Of a DNA stretch of 64,000 nucleotides, positions 36,856 through 46,692 are shown piece by piece. A program made the position numbers and the translations under genes. Source of the DNA: Rhizophagus irregularis (taxonomy: Eukaryota); contig NC_089431.1 in assembly GCF_026210795.1 (NCBI RefSeq), positions 1,674,001-1,738,000 of the forward strand, read 5' to 3'. The notes beneath the pieces are model-generated. The model worked only from the letters and a program-made list of their open reading frames with translations. It had not been told where the DNA came from and made no database searches. Position 1 is the first letter of the stretch. Each line of letters starts with the position of its first letter.

Positions 36856-38988
36856 TTATTGCGAAGGAGCAGAAGCTCGATCGGAGGGAGAACCACCAAG
36901 AGAAGCAATAAAACCTTGGATGGAACCAGTGAGCGATTGTAAAGTATCTTTAATCACTTTTTGATCTTGAATAACGGAGTTCAATTCGTCTTGCGGGGAA
37001 GGGTTAGAAGTGGATGCAGAAGTAGAGTGTGGAGCTTTGTTGGAAGTAGATGGAGGGGAAGAGGATTTCATTGAACCAGCAGATAAGGGAGCATTGGGGT
37101 GCTGGATTAAGGTACCAGTGGTTTCAGGAGGGTCTTCTTCCATTCGATCAGGTTCAGTATTAACGACAGGTGCAGAGGGAGGATTAATGCCTAAATGGGC
37201 TTCTATAGCAGAGAGCCGTTGGTTGTTAAGTTCAAGGGATGAGATGCGGGATTCCACACGAGCAACATCTAGCTGAAGGTTCTTCAAAACATTAAGAATG
37301 TTGAGAGCAGCATCAAGGGCACTAGAAGAATTTGGATCAAGGAGCGGAGCACGAGCATTGGACGAAAAGGAAACAGATCTATCTTTGCCTTTACGGTTGT
37401 TGGAAGGTGTACGTCCATGAGCAGTTGAGGAGGAGTTAGTTGAGCCAGAGGAGGAGGAGGGCTTAGCATTAATATTGGAATTATTATTATTAGATCTATT
37501 GGAGTTGGAATTAGAACGATGAGCTGAGGCCAAACGATCCCGAGATTTAGATCGAGATCGAGAATGAGAATTATTGCGTGGCGTTCTTTGTTGGGCGGGC
37601 CTTTGGCCAATATTGAAGCGTTCTTTAAGAGCAGCCACAGGGTCACGTGTACGTGAACGACCACGGCGTTGATTAAGTGGACAGGAAGTAGGAGCACAAC
37701 CGAGTTTACCACAACGGTGGCAAAAAGCTTTCGAATCGTTGGATGTACCCCATCGAAGAGTACGACCTTGGAAACCAATAGTCTGCTCCATAGCGGCATC
37801 CATTGTCTCTTGCGAGTTGAAAGTAACATAAGCCCAAGGCTTGGGTTTATAAGAATTTAGGGAAAGGGGAATGTTAATAGCTTTTGCTCCATGTTCCTTG
37901 ACCAAGGGAGCGAGATGGATATCTTTGGTATTAGCGGGAAGTCCAGAGAGAACAGCTACGAACGCTCTACGAGCAGCTTTTTGATCCAAAGAGTAATGGC
38001 ATGGGGTAACACGTAAGCAGGTGGAAAAGCAGTAAACTGCCCATTGAGTTGTGAAACGGGAGATGGCATCGGCATGATCATAGACAATGCGAGCTTGTTG
38101 CATCTTAGCACCTTTCCTTGAGTAGAGATGAAGGGCAAGGAGATTGCCGAATTTCTTGAAGTAGGATTGGAGTTGCGGTTTAGTAATGAAGAACGGTATA
38201 TCCGTGACTTGAATTGCACGGAGGTCTTCATCGGACCGGAGCTGTTTGGGATCGTACAAGTGGAATTGTAGGTCCGGAAATTCAGAGTGCGTACTACCGA
38301 CGCACAGGTCACGAGCCTCCGCAGTGTGAAAATGAATGATAAGACGTTTAGCGTCCCCTGAACCAGTCATACGAGCCCGACCGGTATATGATTCATATGT
38401 TTCTAAAAACAAATTGTTAACGGCATCAATGATTGCCTTATTAGTTTTAAGTTTCTCTAGAGTTTGGGGAGCAGAGTTGGGCGCAGCCGCAGCCAGGAAA
38501 TCTTGGCGATTAATGGTAATGGTAGGGGAGGGATCAACAGCCTGATCGGGTGATGTACCATCATTCACGTCCATATTAGGGGACGCGTTAGGGGATGAGT
38601 TATTTTCTTTGTTTCGAGGTGCATGAATAGACGCGTTAGCTCCAGTGGACGCGTCTTGGCCAGGCGCAGTAGGCGCAGCAGAAATATTCGGGGTAGAAGC
38701 TTGAGTATTTTCTTGGGCGGTGCTGCGGGAATTATTTTGTTGAGGAATAGCGGTCAAAGTTGAACCAACTAAACCACCGTCAGCCGGCGCGTCGGCAACG
38801 AAATCTTCATAGTCTTCATCCATGGAGTCCTTTGTAAGTATACGGGAACGTTTTTGGGAATTATTATCACTATCAGAACCAGAGTTGTCAGAGAGTTGTT
38901 TTTTATTATTTTTCTTTTCTTGACGAGCAGCCTTATTACTATTAGGATTATAACTGCCGCCACCTCTTCTAGCAAGGTTTCTAGACAT
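36856..38988 (-). CDS. LINE ORF1 (RRM-like domains, zinc-knuckle-like motif, coiled coil)
   Basis: IQVTDIP..YFKKFG, VLSGLP..WAYVTF, CHRCGKLGC. Confidence 0.85.
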   Translation of the reverse strand: MSRNLARRGGGSYNPNSNKAARQEKKNNKKQLSDNSGSDSDNNSQKRSRILTKDSMDEDYEDFVADAPADGGLVGSTLTAIPQQNNSRSTAQENTQASTPNISAAPTAPGQDASTGANASIHAPRNKENNSSPNASPNMDVNDGTSPDQAVDPSPTITINRQDFLAAAAPNSAPQTLEKLKTNKAIIDAVNNLFLETYESYTGRARMTGSGDAKRLIIHFHTAEARDLCVGSTHSEFPDLQFHLYDPKQLRSDEDLRAIQVTDIPFFITKPQLQSYFKKFGNLLALHLYSRKGAKMQQARIVYDHADAISRFTTQWAVYCFSTCLRVTPCHYSLDQKAARRAFVAVLSGLPANTKDIHLAPLVKEHGAKAINIPLSLNSYKPKPWAYVTFNSQETMDAAMEQTIGFQGRTLRWGTSNDSKAFCHRCGKLGCAPTSCPLNQRRGRSRTRDPVAALKERFNIGQRPAQQRTPRNNSHSRSRSKSRDRLASAHRSNSNSNRSNNNNSNINAKPSSSSGSTNSSSTAHGRTPSNNRKGKDRSVSFSSNARAPLLDPNSSSALDAALNILNVLKNLQLDVARVESRISSLELNNQRLSAIEAHLGINPPSAPVVNTEPDRMEEDPPETTGTLIQHPNAPLSAGSMKSSSPPSTSNKAPHSTSASTSNPSPQDELNSVIQDQKVIKDTLQSLTGSIQGFIASLGGSPSDRASAPSQ

Positions 38989-39092
38989 GTTAGAAGGTAT
39001 GAGTTGGGTAAAATATAAGAGTTGTTAGTACGAAGATATAAAATTTTCTTTCCGAAAATTTTTGGTCAATAGATCGGCGGTAAGAGATCTAT

Positions 39093-39275
39093 ATCAGTCC
39101 TTATTAAAAAATGCAAGGATACCTGATGATAAGGTTACATGGTCATCAATCCTTGTCGAAAAAATGCAAGGATACCTGATGATAAGGTTACATGGTCATC
39201 AATCCTTGTCGAAAAAATTCAAGGATACCTGATGATAAGGTTACATGGTCATCAATCCTTGTCAAGAAATATGAG
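39093..39275. repeat. 53-bp tandem array of hairpin units; first unit split by the LINE (starts at 30902)
   Basis: ggtcatcaatccttgtcgaaaaaatgcaaggatacctgatgataaggttacat at 39141 and 39194, partial at 39247. Confidence 0.9.
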
Positions 39276-39292
39276 AATACCCAATAAATAAG

Positions 39293-39709
39293 CTACTCCT
39301 GTTGAGTCCATTCGTTCCACTCCCAGTTCAGTCCCCAAGGGTCGCCTCCCCATCTTTGTTCACTTAATGCATGCTCTATGGTTTCTCTCTCTTGGGGGTC
39401 CACGACCATCCCATTCCTAAGCATTTTCTCCATAATATAAAGCTGATCCTCGGTGAGGCGGTCTATCCATCTTTTATAGAAGTCGTTTACATCTTCAAAT
39501 GATATCCAGTCAATATTCCCTTTTTCAAACGGCTTTCTAAGAGCTTGGACATGCCCAATTGTAGTAGCGTAATTTTTCCATCTCTTATATGCTTCTTGAC
39601 GAACCTCCTGCCACCACACACTATCTACTTTACTCGCTGCAATAAGGTCAGTATCTGGGATCTTTGCAACAATGCGTTCGACTATTTCTACTGGTAATCG
39701 GTCCAACAT
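39293..39709 (-). CDS. F-box-like protein
   Basis: N-terminal LDRLPVEIVERIVAKIP..DLIAASKVDSVW. Confidence 0.75.
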   Translation of the reverse strand: MLDRLPVEIVERIVAKIPDTDLIAASKVDSVWWQEVRQEAYKRWKNYATTIGHVQALRKPFEKGNIDWISFEDVNDFYKRWIDRLTEDQLYIMEKMLRNGMVVDPQERETIEHALSEQRWGGDPWGLNWEWNEWTQQE

Positions 39710-39802
39710 GATGTTATGTTACTTATACTATAGCCATCTTCAATTACTGTATGCCCATTACAAATGGATAAAAAATATAAACTAAATTCGTACAGGAGCC
39801 GC

Positions 39803-40273
39803 TTATACAAGAAGTTCTGCTAAGGTTTTCTCAGCCTCATTTATAGTGACAGCTCGCTTTGGGGGACCTGTTAATGAGTCCTTAGTTACATTATAATACA
39901 ACTCGAAGAGGGCCTCAAGTTTGTCTAAAAGAGCTTGTTTATTCTTGTATGATTCACGAATCTTTGCTATCTTAGCAGTATATGCTGCATTATCTGGGAA
40001 GAGTTTTCTGGCCACGAACTTCACATATGATACAGGAGACTTTGCTGTCTGGATTCTCTTGATATACTTCACATGATCCTGGACAAGGTAGCTGGTTTTG
40101 CTAAACCCAGATACTAATGCGACTACTATAGTGTCTTTCAATGCACGGATAATCTTGAGGACAGTTTCATCAGAGACAATGGTGAACTGATTGTGTGATG
40201 CATCATAAATAACTTTATCACTAATGCTGTCAGTGCTGTTAATAATGCTTGCTAATTCGGTATATGTTGACAT
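39803..40273 (-). CDS. Hypothetical protein
   Basis: Intact 156-aa ORF in a co-directional gene run. Confidence 0.6.
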   Translation of the reverse strand: MSTYTELASIINSTDSISDKVIYDASHNQFTIVSDETVLKIIRALKDTIVVALVSGFSKTSYLVQDHVKYIKRIQTAKSPVSYVKFVARKLFPDNAAYTAKIAKIRESYKNKQALLDKLEALFELYYNVTKDSLTGPPKRAVTINEAEKTLAELLV

Positions 40274-40386
40274 GATTCCTTATACTTTTTTGTACTTTGT
40301 AATAAATAGAAATCTTCAAATTGACTTTACATTCAAGCAAGAAAAAATATATATACCTACTGTAAATCCAACCGCATTCTTGGCAA

Positions 40387-42266
40387 TCATGTCCAGATAA
40401 CCTTGTTTGCATTTTTCACATGGCAGTATCCTGCGGTTTCAAACTTGAGAGCTTTCAATGCTTTGGATGCATTTTCTGGACAAGTGATAAGTGTAGGACT
40501 ACTCGGCTGTTCCTCTAGAATAAATCCATCTGTATGGATGCGTCGTACTTTATCCTTATATGGTTCTAATAACTCTGAAGTCGTCTTCCATCCATGTGCT
40601 AATAAGAATGGAGCGATCCTAGGATACTCACCCTTGAAGGGACTACCTGGGTTTGTGAACTGGAATCGCCACTGGTCAGATCCTACTGGTACGATGGAGT
40701 CAAGTGTGTGGCCTTCTGGAAACTTGAATGGATCTGTTTGATCTGTGGTGAGTGTCTTGTAATTGCGTTTTCTCTGGCAGAGTGCTCCCCATAGTGTATT
40801 GAGAACTCTCTTTGCAACACGACCGGCCACGCCACCCTGGTTCTTTATATTGAAGAGAAAGTGGACATACTCACCAAATATTACAGTCCCAGGAATTCTT
40901 GCTTCTCTGTCATATATCAAGGCATTTGGCTTTCCATCCTGGATTAACTGTATATCGAGACCAAGTTTCTTTGCTCGTTGTAAGTCAATGAATGTATAGA
41001 CTCCCTCTTATTCTGTCGGAAGAGAATATCATTACCACTTACCTTGCCCTTGGGCGCTCCCTGGGAGCTAGCACGAAATAATCCATACAAGGCATAACCT
41101 CTATGGTCTACAAAGTCTTTGAGTATTTGAAACTTACCTTGTCGGATTGGAAAGTTTGCATTTGATTGCTGAATACTTGGATACAAACTTGTCACGTCGT
41201 ATTGCCTTCCATAGCCCTTCCATTCATTGTCTGCCCAGATAAGACCTCCCATTATTGCATCACTTATCCACTCTGCTTCGACTGGGTCAAGAGGATCATT
41301 GGCTGGAACCCCTACACTAAACCGTTCAAAAAGCCAGAGTGCAGTTCTCTTGTACGACCAGTTGTGGTAAGATAAGTCAATTCCTAGACCGAACTTCTTT
41401 GTAGCCTGTAGGAAGGAATCCCGCTCTTCATGGATCCTCTGGTATGTTTCCTCAAGTGTTTCATATATTCCAGTTTTACAATTCTTCTCGATAGGGATGA
41501 AGGAGTAACTATCAGAGTTCTTACCTTTCTGAAACTGTCCAACTGTAAGAGACTTAACTGTCTTACCATTGTATATTGTTACTACATTATTAACCCCATC
41601 TTCACGATAAACAAAGGGAGACTTTTGTTTTCTATCTAATTTGCTAGGGTGGAGTCTTCCGGGATTCAGTGCAAGAGAGTAGTGGCCTTCAGACAGGATA
41701 AGTGTTGCACGTCTGTCAGATTTGCTCTTAGAAATTCGAGTGGAATCCCCTACAATATTAAGTGCAAGGCTTCCTGCAAGTTGTTCAACCTTATCCATAT
41801 ATGAGACTGGAACTGGAGCATCACGATTGAGACCTAATGCCTTTTTGATATACTCGGGCTTTTCGATTGACTTTGGCATTTTAGAGAATGTGCCGTAGAT
41901 ATATTTCAGGCGTTCATACAGGCAATCATTTAGCTCCCCGTTGCAACCCCCTGCAACCGGTGGGGCATCTCTCACATAAATTATGAATCGTTCAAAATAA
42001 TCAGGGTCTGCGTCATCCGGTAGTTGTGCTTCGTCGTAGTGGTCCAAGAGTGAGAAGAGGCTGGCTGGTTGGTTTCCTGATGTCCATCCACCGGGTTTCC
42101 AGTTTTCATAGGGGAGCAGGATCTGAAATTTATGTGTCGGATACCGGGATTGGAGTCGCTGTCCAAGTCTTGCTATTGCTCCTCTGGAAAATCTTGCACC
42201 TGAATACTGTAATTCTTTGATATCCGGTCTTGTAGGTAAAGCACGGACAATCTCTGAATAAACCAT
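40387..42266 (-). pseudogene. Short family B DNA polymerase, protein-primed-like, one frameshift near 41005
   Basis: MGGL..YDVTSLYPS, KRVLNTLWG, RIHTDGF; the frameshift-corrected reading gives GVYTFIDLQRAKKLG. Confidence 0.85.
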
Positions 42267-42388
42267 TTGATGTATTTATGAATTGTGTTCAGTTGTAATA
42301 TAGGTTTTTTATACAAAAAATATAAGATAACTAAGAAGTGCTTATCTTATTAAAAGGAGTCAATCTTGCTGCATACACGATCAAGATC

Positions 42389-44971
42389 CTATTCATCCCA
42401 GTCGTCGACAATTCCATTGGCGGCTTCCCATTCACGTTCCATATCAGTTTTTGGACGTTCCTCTGGAATTTCTCGTGCTTTACCCTTATTCATCTTCATA
42501 GTTTCATAACCAGAGGTGGTAGGGATAATCTCGGCATCACGATCCTCCTTGTATACTCTTATTAGATCTGCGAGTTCTTTACGGCTAGGTGTTTTAGGTA
42601 AGTTCCCATTATATTCGATCCAGTCCTTGAAGCGGTCTACTACCTCCCTAAGGTAGTACTGGTACTCGTCCTCAATACGTGTTGTGGGACATTCCTCTAC
42701 TTCAAACGCGAGTATTTCCCAGTCATAGTCATCTGACACGTCTTGGTACTTAGCCCATAAATTCTTACCTGTATTGTAGAGATCATTAAAGACCTGGTCC
42801 TTTGAATTCTTGACCCATGGCTTACGATCCCATCGGTGCCTTTCATGCCAAGTCCAGTGTGCTCGAGTACCTTCCTTTGGTTCAGGGTCCCAGTCAACTT
42901 CTAGTTCTGTGTCAGGTTCTGAGATAGGTTGCTCTTCAGGAGCCGGTTCTGGGTCAGGCTTAGTGACAGATGCAGAAAATTCTGCAGGAGACTCGGGTTG
43001 TTGTTCAGGAGCCGGTTCTGGGTCAGGCTTAGTGACAGATGCAGAAAATTCTGCGGGAGACTCGGGTTGTTGTTCAAGAGCTGGGTTCACAGTTGTAAAA
43101 TCTGAGTCAGATAGCAAGTCATCTAAAACGTCGTAGTCATCATCAGCTTTAAATGCAGGTTCTTCAGCAGGCGGCTCATTTTCTTGATCAGGTTCCTCAT
43201 CAGATAGATAACAGTCCGAGAAGCTATCTATAGGTTCATCAGTATCTGATTCTATAGGAGCTGGAGATTCCTCAGGAATAGGATCCTCATTGATGACAGG
43301 TGCGGGTTTTACCTTCAAGCAATCGGGCTTAAGTGGTACTGGTGGTGGAGTCTTTTTAGTCTCTTCAGTAGGCTTCTTCTCGACAGGAGCGGGTTTTTCC
43401 TCAGCAGGTTTAACAACAACTAACTCCACTTTCTCTTGATCTACTTGCGACTTACTAGCTGGATTATATATATTTGCCAAGAACTTCTCCAAGGCATTTG
43501 GATCAGATGCGGGCTTCTCAGGAGTTTCTATATCTATTCCTTCTATATTGATTTCATCTGTTTCATGGATCCATTTTTTGCCAAGGTATTTCTTGTAAAG
43601 ATCCTCCCTGGATATGCTATATACTCGGGTTAACTTTTTATTTATATAAGTCCGATTACTATTTATACTCAACTCATTTGATAGGATTCTAGAAGCGTTT
43701 ATCTTTGATAATGGTGAGATGCAATGAGTTTCACAGTATGAAGTATATACCCTATAAAATTCTTGAACAGGTAGGTTGGTTATATGATTTTTTACTATGA
43801 GGTAAGTGTCCTTTATGAATTGAAATAGGGGTGGAAGAGTCGATATGATGTGATCCTGCTTAGATGTTGTCATAGGTGGTGGATTCCCATTGAAGTCTGG
43901 GTAAGCGTCTGCAATGGCTCTCAAGTAAGCATAGAATGCCTCACTGGCGCCTGGGTATTTCATAGCGTCACTGAGTTTCTTAAAGTAGTTGAGGTCTCCC
44001 TTGCGGGATGGTGACACATCCAAGAACACTGTACGCCTATCGTTATTCTCCACTCTGAGAGCATTTTCATTAGTGAGTACAATGGTGGATATAAAGTTTT
44101 TGTAATGTGTTGGCGTCTTGTATTTTTCATGGATTTCCATTATATCGCCTGTTACCTTATCCTTCAACGATCGATACAGATTATTCCACTGGCTTTTTTC
44201 TGTAGGCATTTCCTCGAGGAGGAGAAGAACCTTACCCTGTAATTGCCCATTGAAACTTCCAAGAATCGTTTGAGGATCGCTGGTCTTATAAACAAGTTGA
44301 GTACCTAAAACACTACGTTGAATGAAATTTGTTATAATACTCTTACCCCAACCCTGTCCAGATTTCAGGTAGAGAATCGAATACATTTTCCTTCCAGCTG
44401 CCACACCGGCCAACCACTTTATGATATACTCAGTAAGATTCCAATCGCCTGAACACCAGATATCCTTTATGTGGGAGAAGATAAATTTAACCGCGAGGTG
44501 GGTTGTAGATTCAAAAGTGGATATCGGACACAGGATATGGAGGAATCCTGGAAAGATATTGAGATAAAGTTGGCCACCTAGTTTAAAGATACGGGATTTT
44601 TGAGGGTCACAGGTAGCTACACATACAGTACTATATTCGATCATAAACCATTTGTTGATATTAAATTCAACCTTTTGTGAAGGACCCTGTTCAGATTGTG
44701 TGTAAAAGACTTTGGTAATTGGACGGATAAGTTTATTAATATTTTTATCAGGGATGTGCTCGAGGTTTTTGATTTCTGATCGCCACATGAAGACTCCATG
44801 TGGGTTGGAGCAGGGGATAAAGTAACTGCAAAAATAACCTTTAGCTTGATTGAGATCCCTCATATTTTTTGCAGCGTTAATGAGCCGTTTAAGCTCATCA
44901 ATACTAAAAGCCTTCTTCTGTTCACCGAACTTGGGGATAACTTGAGCTTGAGTGCTAGTTTGGGCAGTCAT
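42389..44971 (-). CDS. D5-like/SF3 helicase with acidic Pro-rich C-terminal region
   Basis: SGQGWGKS, FNGQL..LLLEE, VLTN..DRR; 69-bp tandem duplication at ~42935-43076. Confidence 0.85.
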   Translation of the reverse strand: MTAQTSTQAQVIPKFGEQKKAFSIDELKRLINAAKNMRDLNQAKGYFCSYFIPCSNPHGVFMWRSEIKNLEHIPDKNINKLIRPITKVFYTQSEQGPSQKVEFNINKWFMIEYSTVCVATCDPQKSRIFKLGGQLYLNIFPGFLHILCPISTFESTTHLAVKFIFSHIKDIWCSGDWNLTEYIIKWLAGVAAGRKMYSILYLKSGQGWGKSIITNFIQRSVLGTQLVYKTSDPQTILGSFNGQLQGKVLLLLEEMPTEKSQWNNLYRSLKDKVTGDIMEIHEKYKTPTHYKNFISTIVLTNENALRVENNDRRTVFLDVSPSRKGDLNYFKKLSDAMKYPGASEAFYAYLRAIADAYPDFNGNPPPMTTSKQDHIISTLPPLFQFIKDTYLIVKNHITNLPVQEFYRVYTSYCETHCISPLSKINASRILSNELSINSNRTYINKKLTRVYSISREDLYKKYLGKKWIHETDEINIEGIDIETPEKPASDPNALEKFLANIYNPASKSQVDQEKVELVVVKPAEEKPAPVEKKPTEETKKTPPPVPLKPDCLKVKPAPVINEDPIPEESPAPIESDTDEPIDSFSDCYLSDEEPDQENEPPAEEPAFKADDDYDVLDDLLSDSDFTTVNPALEQQPESPAEFSASVTKPDPEPAPEQQPESPAEFSASVTKPDPEPAPEEQPISEPDTELEVDWDPEPKEGTRAHWTWHERHRWDRKPWVKNSKDQVFNDLYNTGKNLWAKYQDVSDDYDWEILAFEVEECPTTRIEDEYQYYLREVVDRFKDWIEYNGNLPKTPSRKELADLIRVYKEDRDAEIIPTTSGYETMKMNKGKAREIPEERPKTDMEREWEAANGIVDDWDE

Positions 44972-45191
44972 TTTTTGTTCTATCAAATCGAGTACTAATT
45001 TATAGTTACCTAATCTTCAATTGCCGAATATTTTTTCCAAAGATCTGCACTCCTACCAGGTTATCCTCCTGTAGTCCTGTGGTCCTGCGATTCTGCGGTC
45101 CTCCGGTTATATCTGGTTATCTTCTAGGGGTAAAAAAAAAAATATAAACCACGAACCTTTACGACTGCTCTAAATCTTCCCTTCCCCTTTT

Positions 45192-45551
45192 TCAAACTAC
45201 ATATATCTGAAATCCAAACCGCTCAAGAGCTCCTTTTACTATAGTTAGCTCTTTTCTAGTGTCCGTTAACTCTTTACAAGCCTTTTGATATGCCTCCCAT
45301 TCAAGTTCACGGAGGATACCCTCCTCATCCAATGATTGGCCAAGAGCATCATTTGCTTTTTCCTTCTTTTCTACTGCCCTGTCGTATGCCTCCTCAGCTT
45401 TTTTATGCCGCTTCCAGAGTACTCGTTCAGCTTCGGCTTTTCAGATTGGGCTGACTTTTAAAAGATATAGCCCGAAATTGCTACTTGGAATGTGTTCCAG
45501 GATATGGCTTACAAGTTCGGGGATTACTGATACTGCGTGCGGGGTATACAT
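45192..45551 (-). pseudogene. Second F-box-like gene (119 codons) with an internal TGA at 45441-45443; absent from the ORF track
   Basis: MYTPHAVSVIPELVSHILEHIP..LLKVSPI*KAEAERVLWKR, similar to the 39293-39709 N-terminus. Confidence 0.65.
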
Positions 45552-45580
45552 GTTATCTGTCCTTATAGGTTACTTATGGT

Positions 45581-46044
45581 ATACCCATTGTTCAATTACT
45601 TATTTTTTCTGATGGGGCGGGACGGGGTTGGTCTTACTGGCTTTATAGACCTTCTAGGGGCTTACCTGCTAACTTATCTGGTTTGCTATCTCATTGCTTC
45701 CAACAGATTATTAGACGGAATCCTGATCATATAACAGAACTATGACAGAATGACAGATCTGGGGGGTAAAATCAAAACTTTTTTCTGGGGATACCCCTCT
45801 CCCGATTTTTCTGAAACGTCTGTCATATCCGTCATATCTGTCATACCCTCTGATTCTATCGTATTTTCCTCTCTTTTCCCTTATTTTATCCTTTTTTAGT
45901 ATATTGTTATATGACTGATGTTATTGACAGATGGTGACAGATATAGGGGATTCCTGATCCCCCGTAAGGGGGAAGGAGGTACTGCGACGGGTCGTAGACC
46001 CGGAGGTGGGTGGTGCTTGCACCTCCCACACCCAGCCCGATGAC
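45581..46044 (-). repeat. Right TIR
   Basis: Inverted copy of 23527-23990. Confidence 0.95.
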
Positions 46045-46645
46045 GCACAACCTTACATATGTCTTCTCTAGATCCACTCCCTCGGAACATGACTAGATGT
46101 GAGATATTTTCACGAATTATCTTTAGTACAGCTTGATATTTCTGAGTTACATATATTGGTGAGATGTTTTGATGCCGACCGCTAATAAAGTAAGGGACGA
46201 TACGTTCTTGTATTTTTTTTGATTCAGCGCAGAGATCTTCAAAAACAATAACAGTGCTTCTTTTTGGGGAGAATTTGCTTATATCTGGAATTTTTTCGGC
46301 CTTTATTGTTTGAAATGAGATATTCTTCCGATATGGGTCAGGGCTATTTGCAAAAATATGGAAAGCATTTTTAACCAGCTCCCATTTAGGCTCAGCATGT
46401 TTTCCAACCAATACGAGGTGATCATTTTTAATATATCTATTCCCCTTCTTGCCTTTAAACATACGCTGAAGTTTGTTGCCAAGAATAAGGTTTATAACCA
46501 TATTAGTTTTTTCACTATGTGAGCCTCCAGTCACTAAAAGGCGAAAAGGCCAATCTGGACTATATTTATTACCCTTCATTCGATCCAAAGATTTTCTGGG
46601 GATCTCATTAACGTTATACACAAAGAATTCCATACAGTATTGCAT
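46045..46645 (-). pseudogene. 5' part of the outer element's A32-like packaging ATPase
   Basis: WPFRLLVTGGSHSEKT (degenerate Walker A), VIVFEDL, GRHQNIS, IIRENI. Confidence 0.88.
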
Positions 46646-46692
46646 ATTATGCCAAAATGAATTTCTTAGCCCAAAAAATTTCTGGGATGGAC

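Larger units (their letters stand above)
30921..39092 (-). mobile_element. Full-length LINE (non-LTR retrotransposon) with RNase H, ~8.2 kb
   Basis: 15-bp TSD ATCAGTCCTTATTAA (30906-30920, 39093-39107); ORF1 and ORF2. Confidence 0.93.
23527..46044. mobile_element. Polinton/Maverick-like element with Gag-Pro module (~14.3 kb without the LINE)
   Basis: 464-bp TIRs; 5-bp TSD GCACA (23522-23526, 46045-46049); PolB, helicase, integrase and packaging ATPase genes. Confidence 0.92.

Noticed and set aside
39093..39275. CRISPR-like array
   Set aside because: Units are contiguous near-identical repeats with no unique spacers, there are no cas genes, and the context is eukaryotic.
45896..46044. C-terminal RHRAGCGRCKHH.. 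tail of the 249-aa ATPase ORF and matching ORFs at 23472-23674
   Set aside because: This is read-through into the TIR; the true C-terminus is at 23370-23526.
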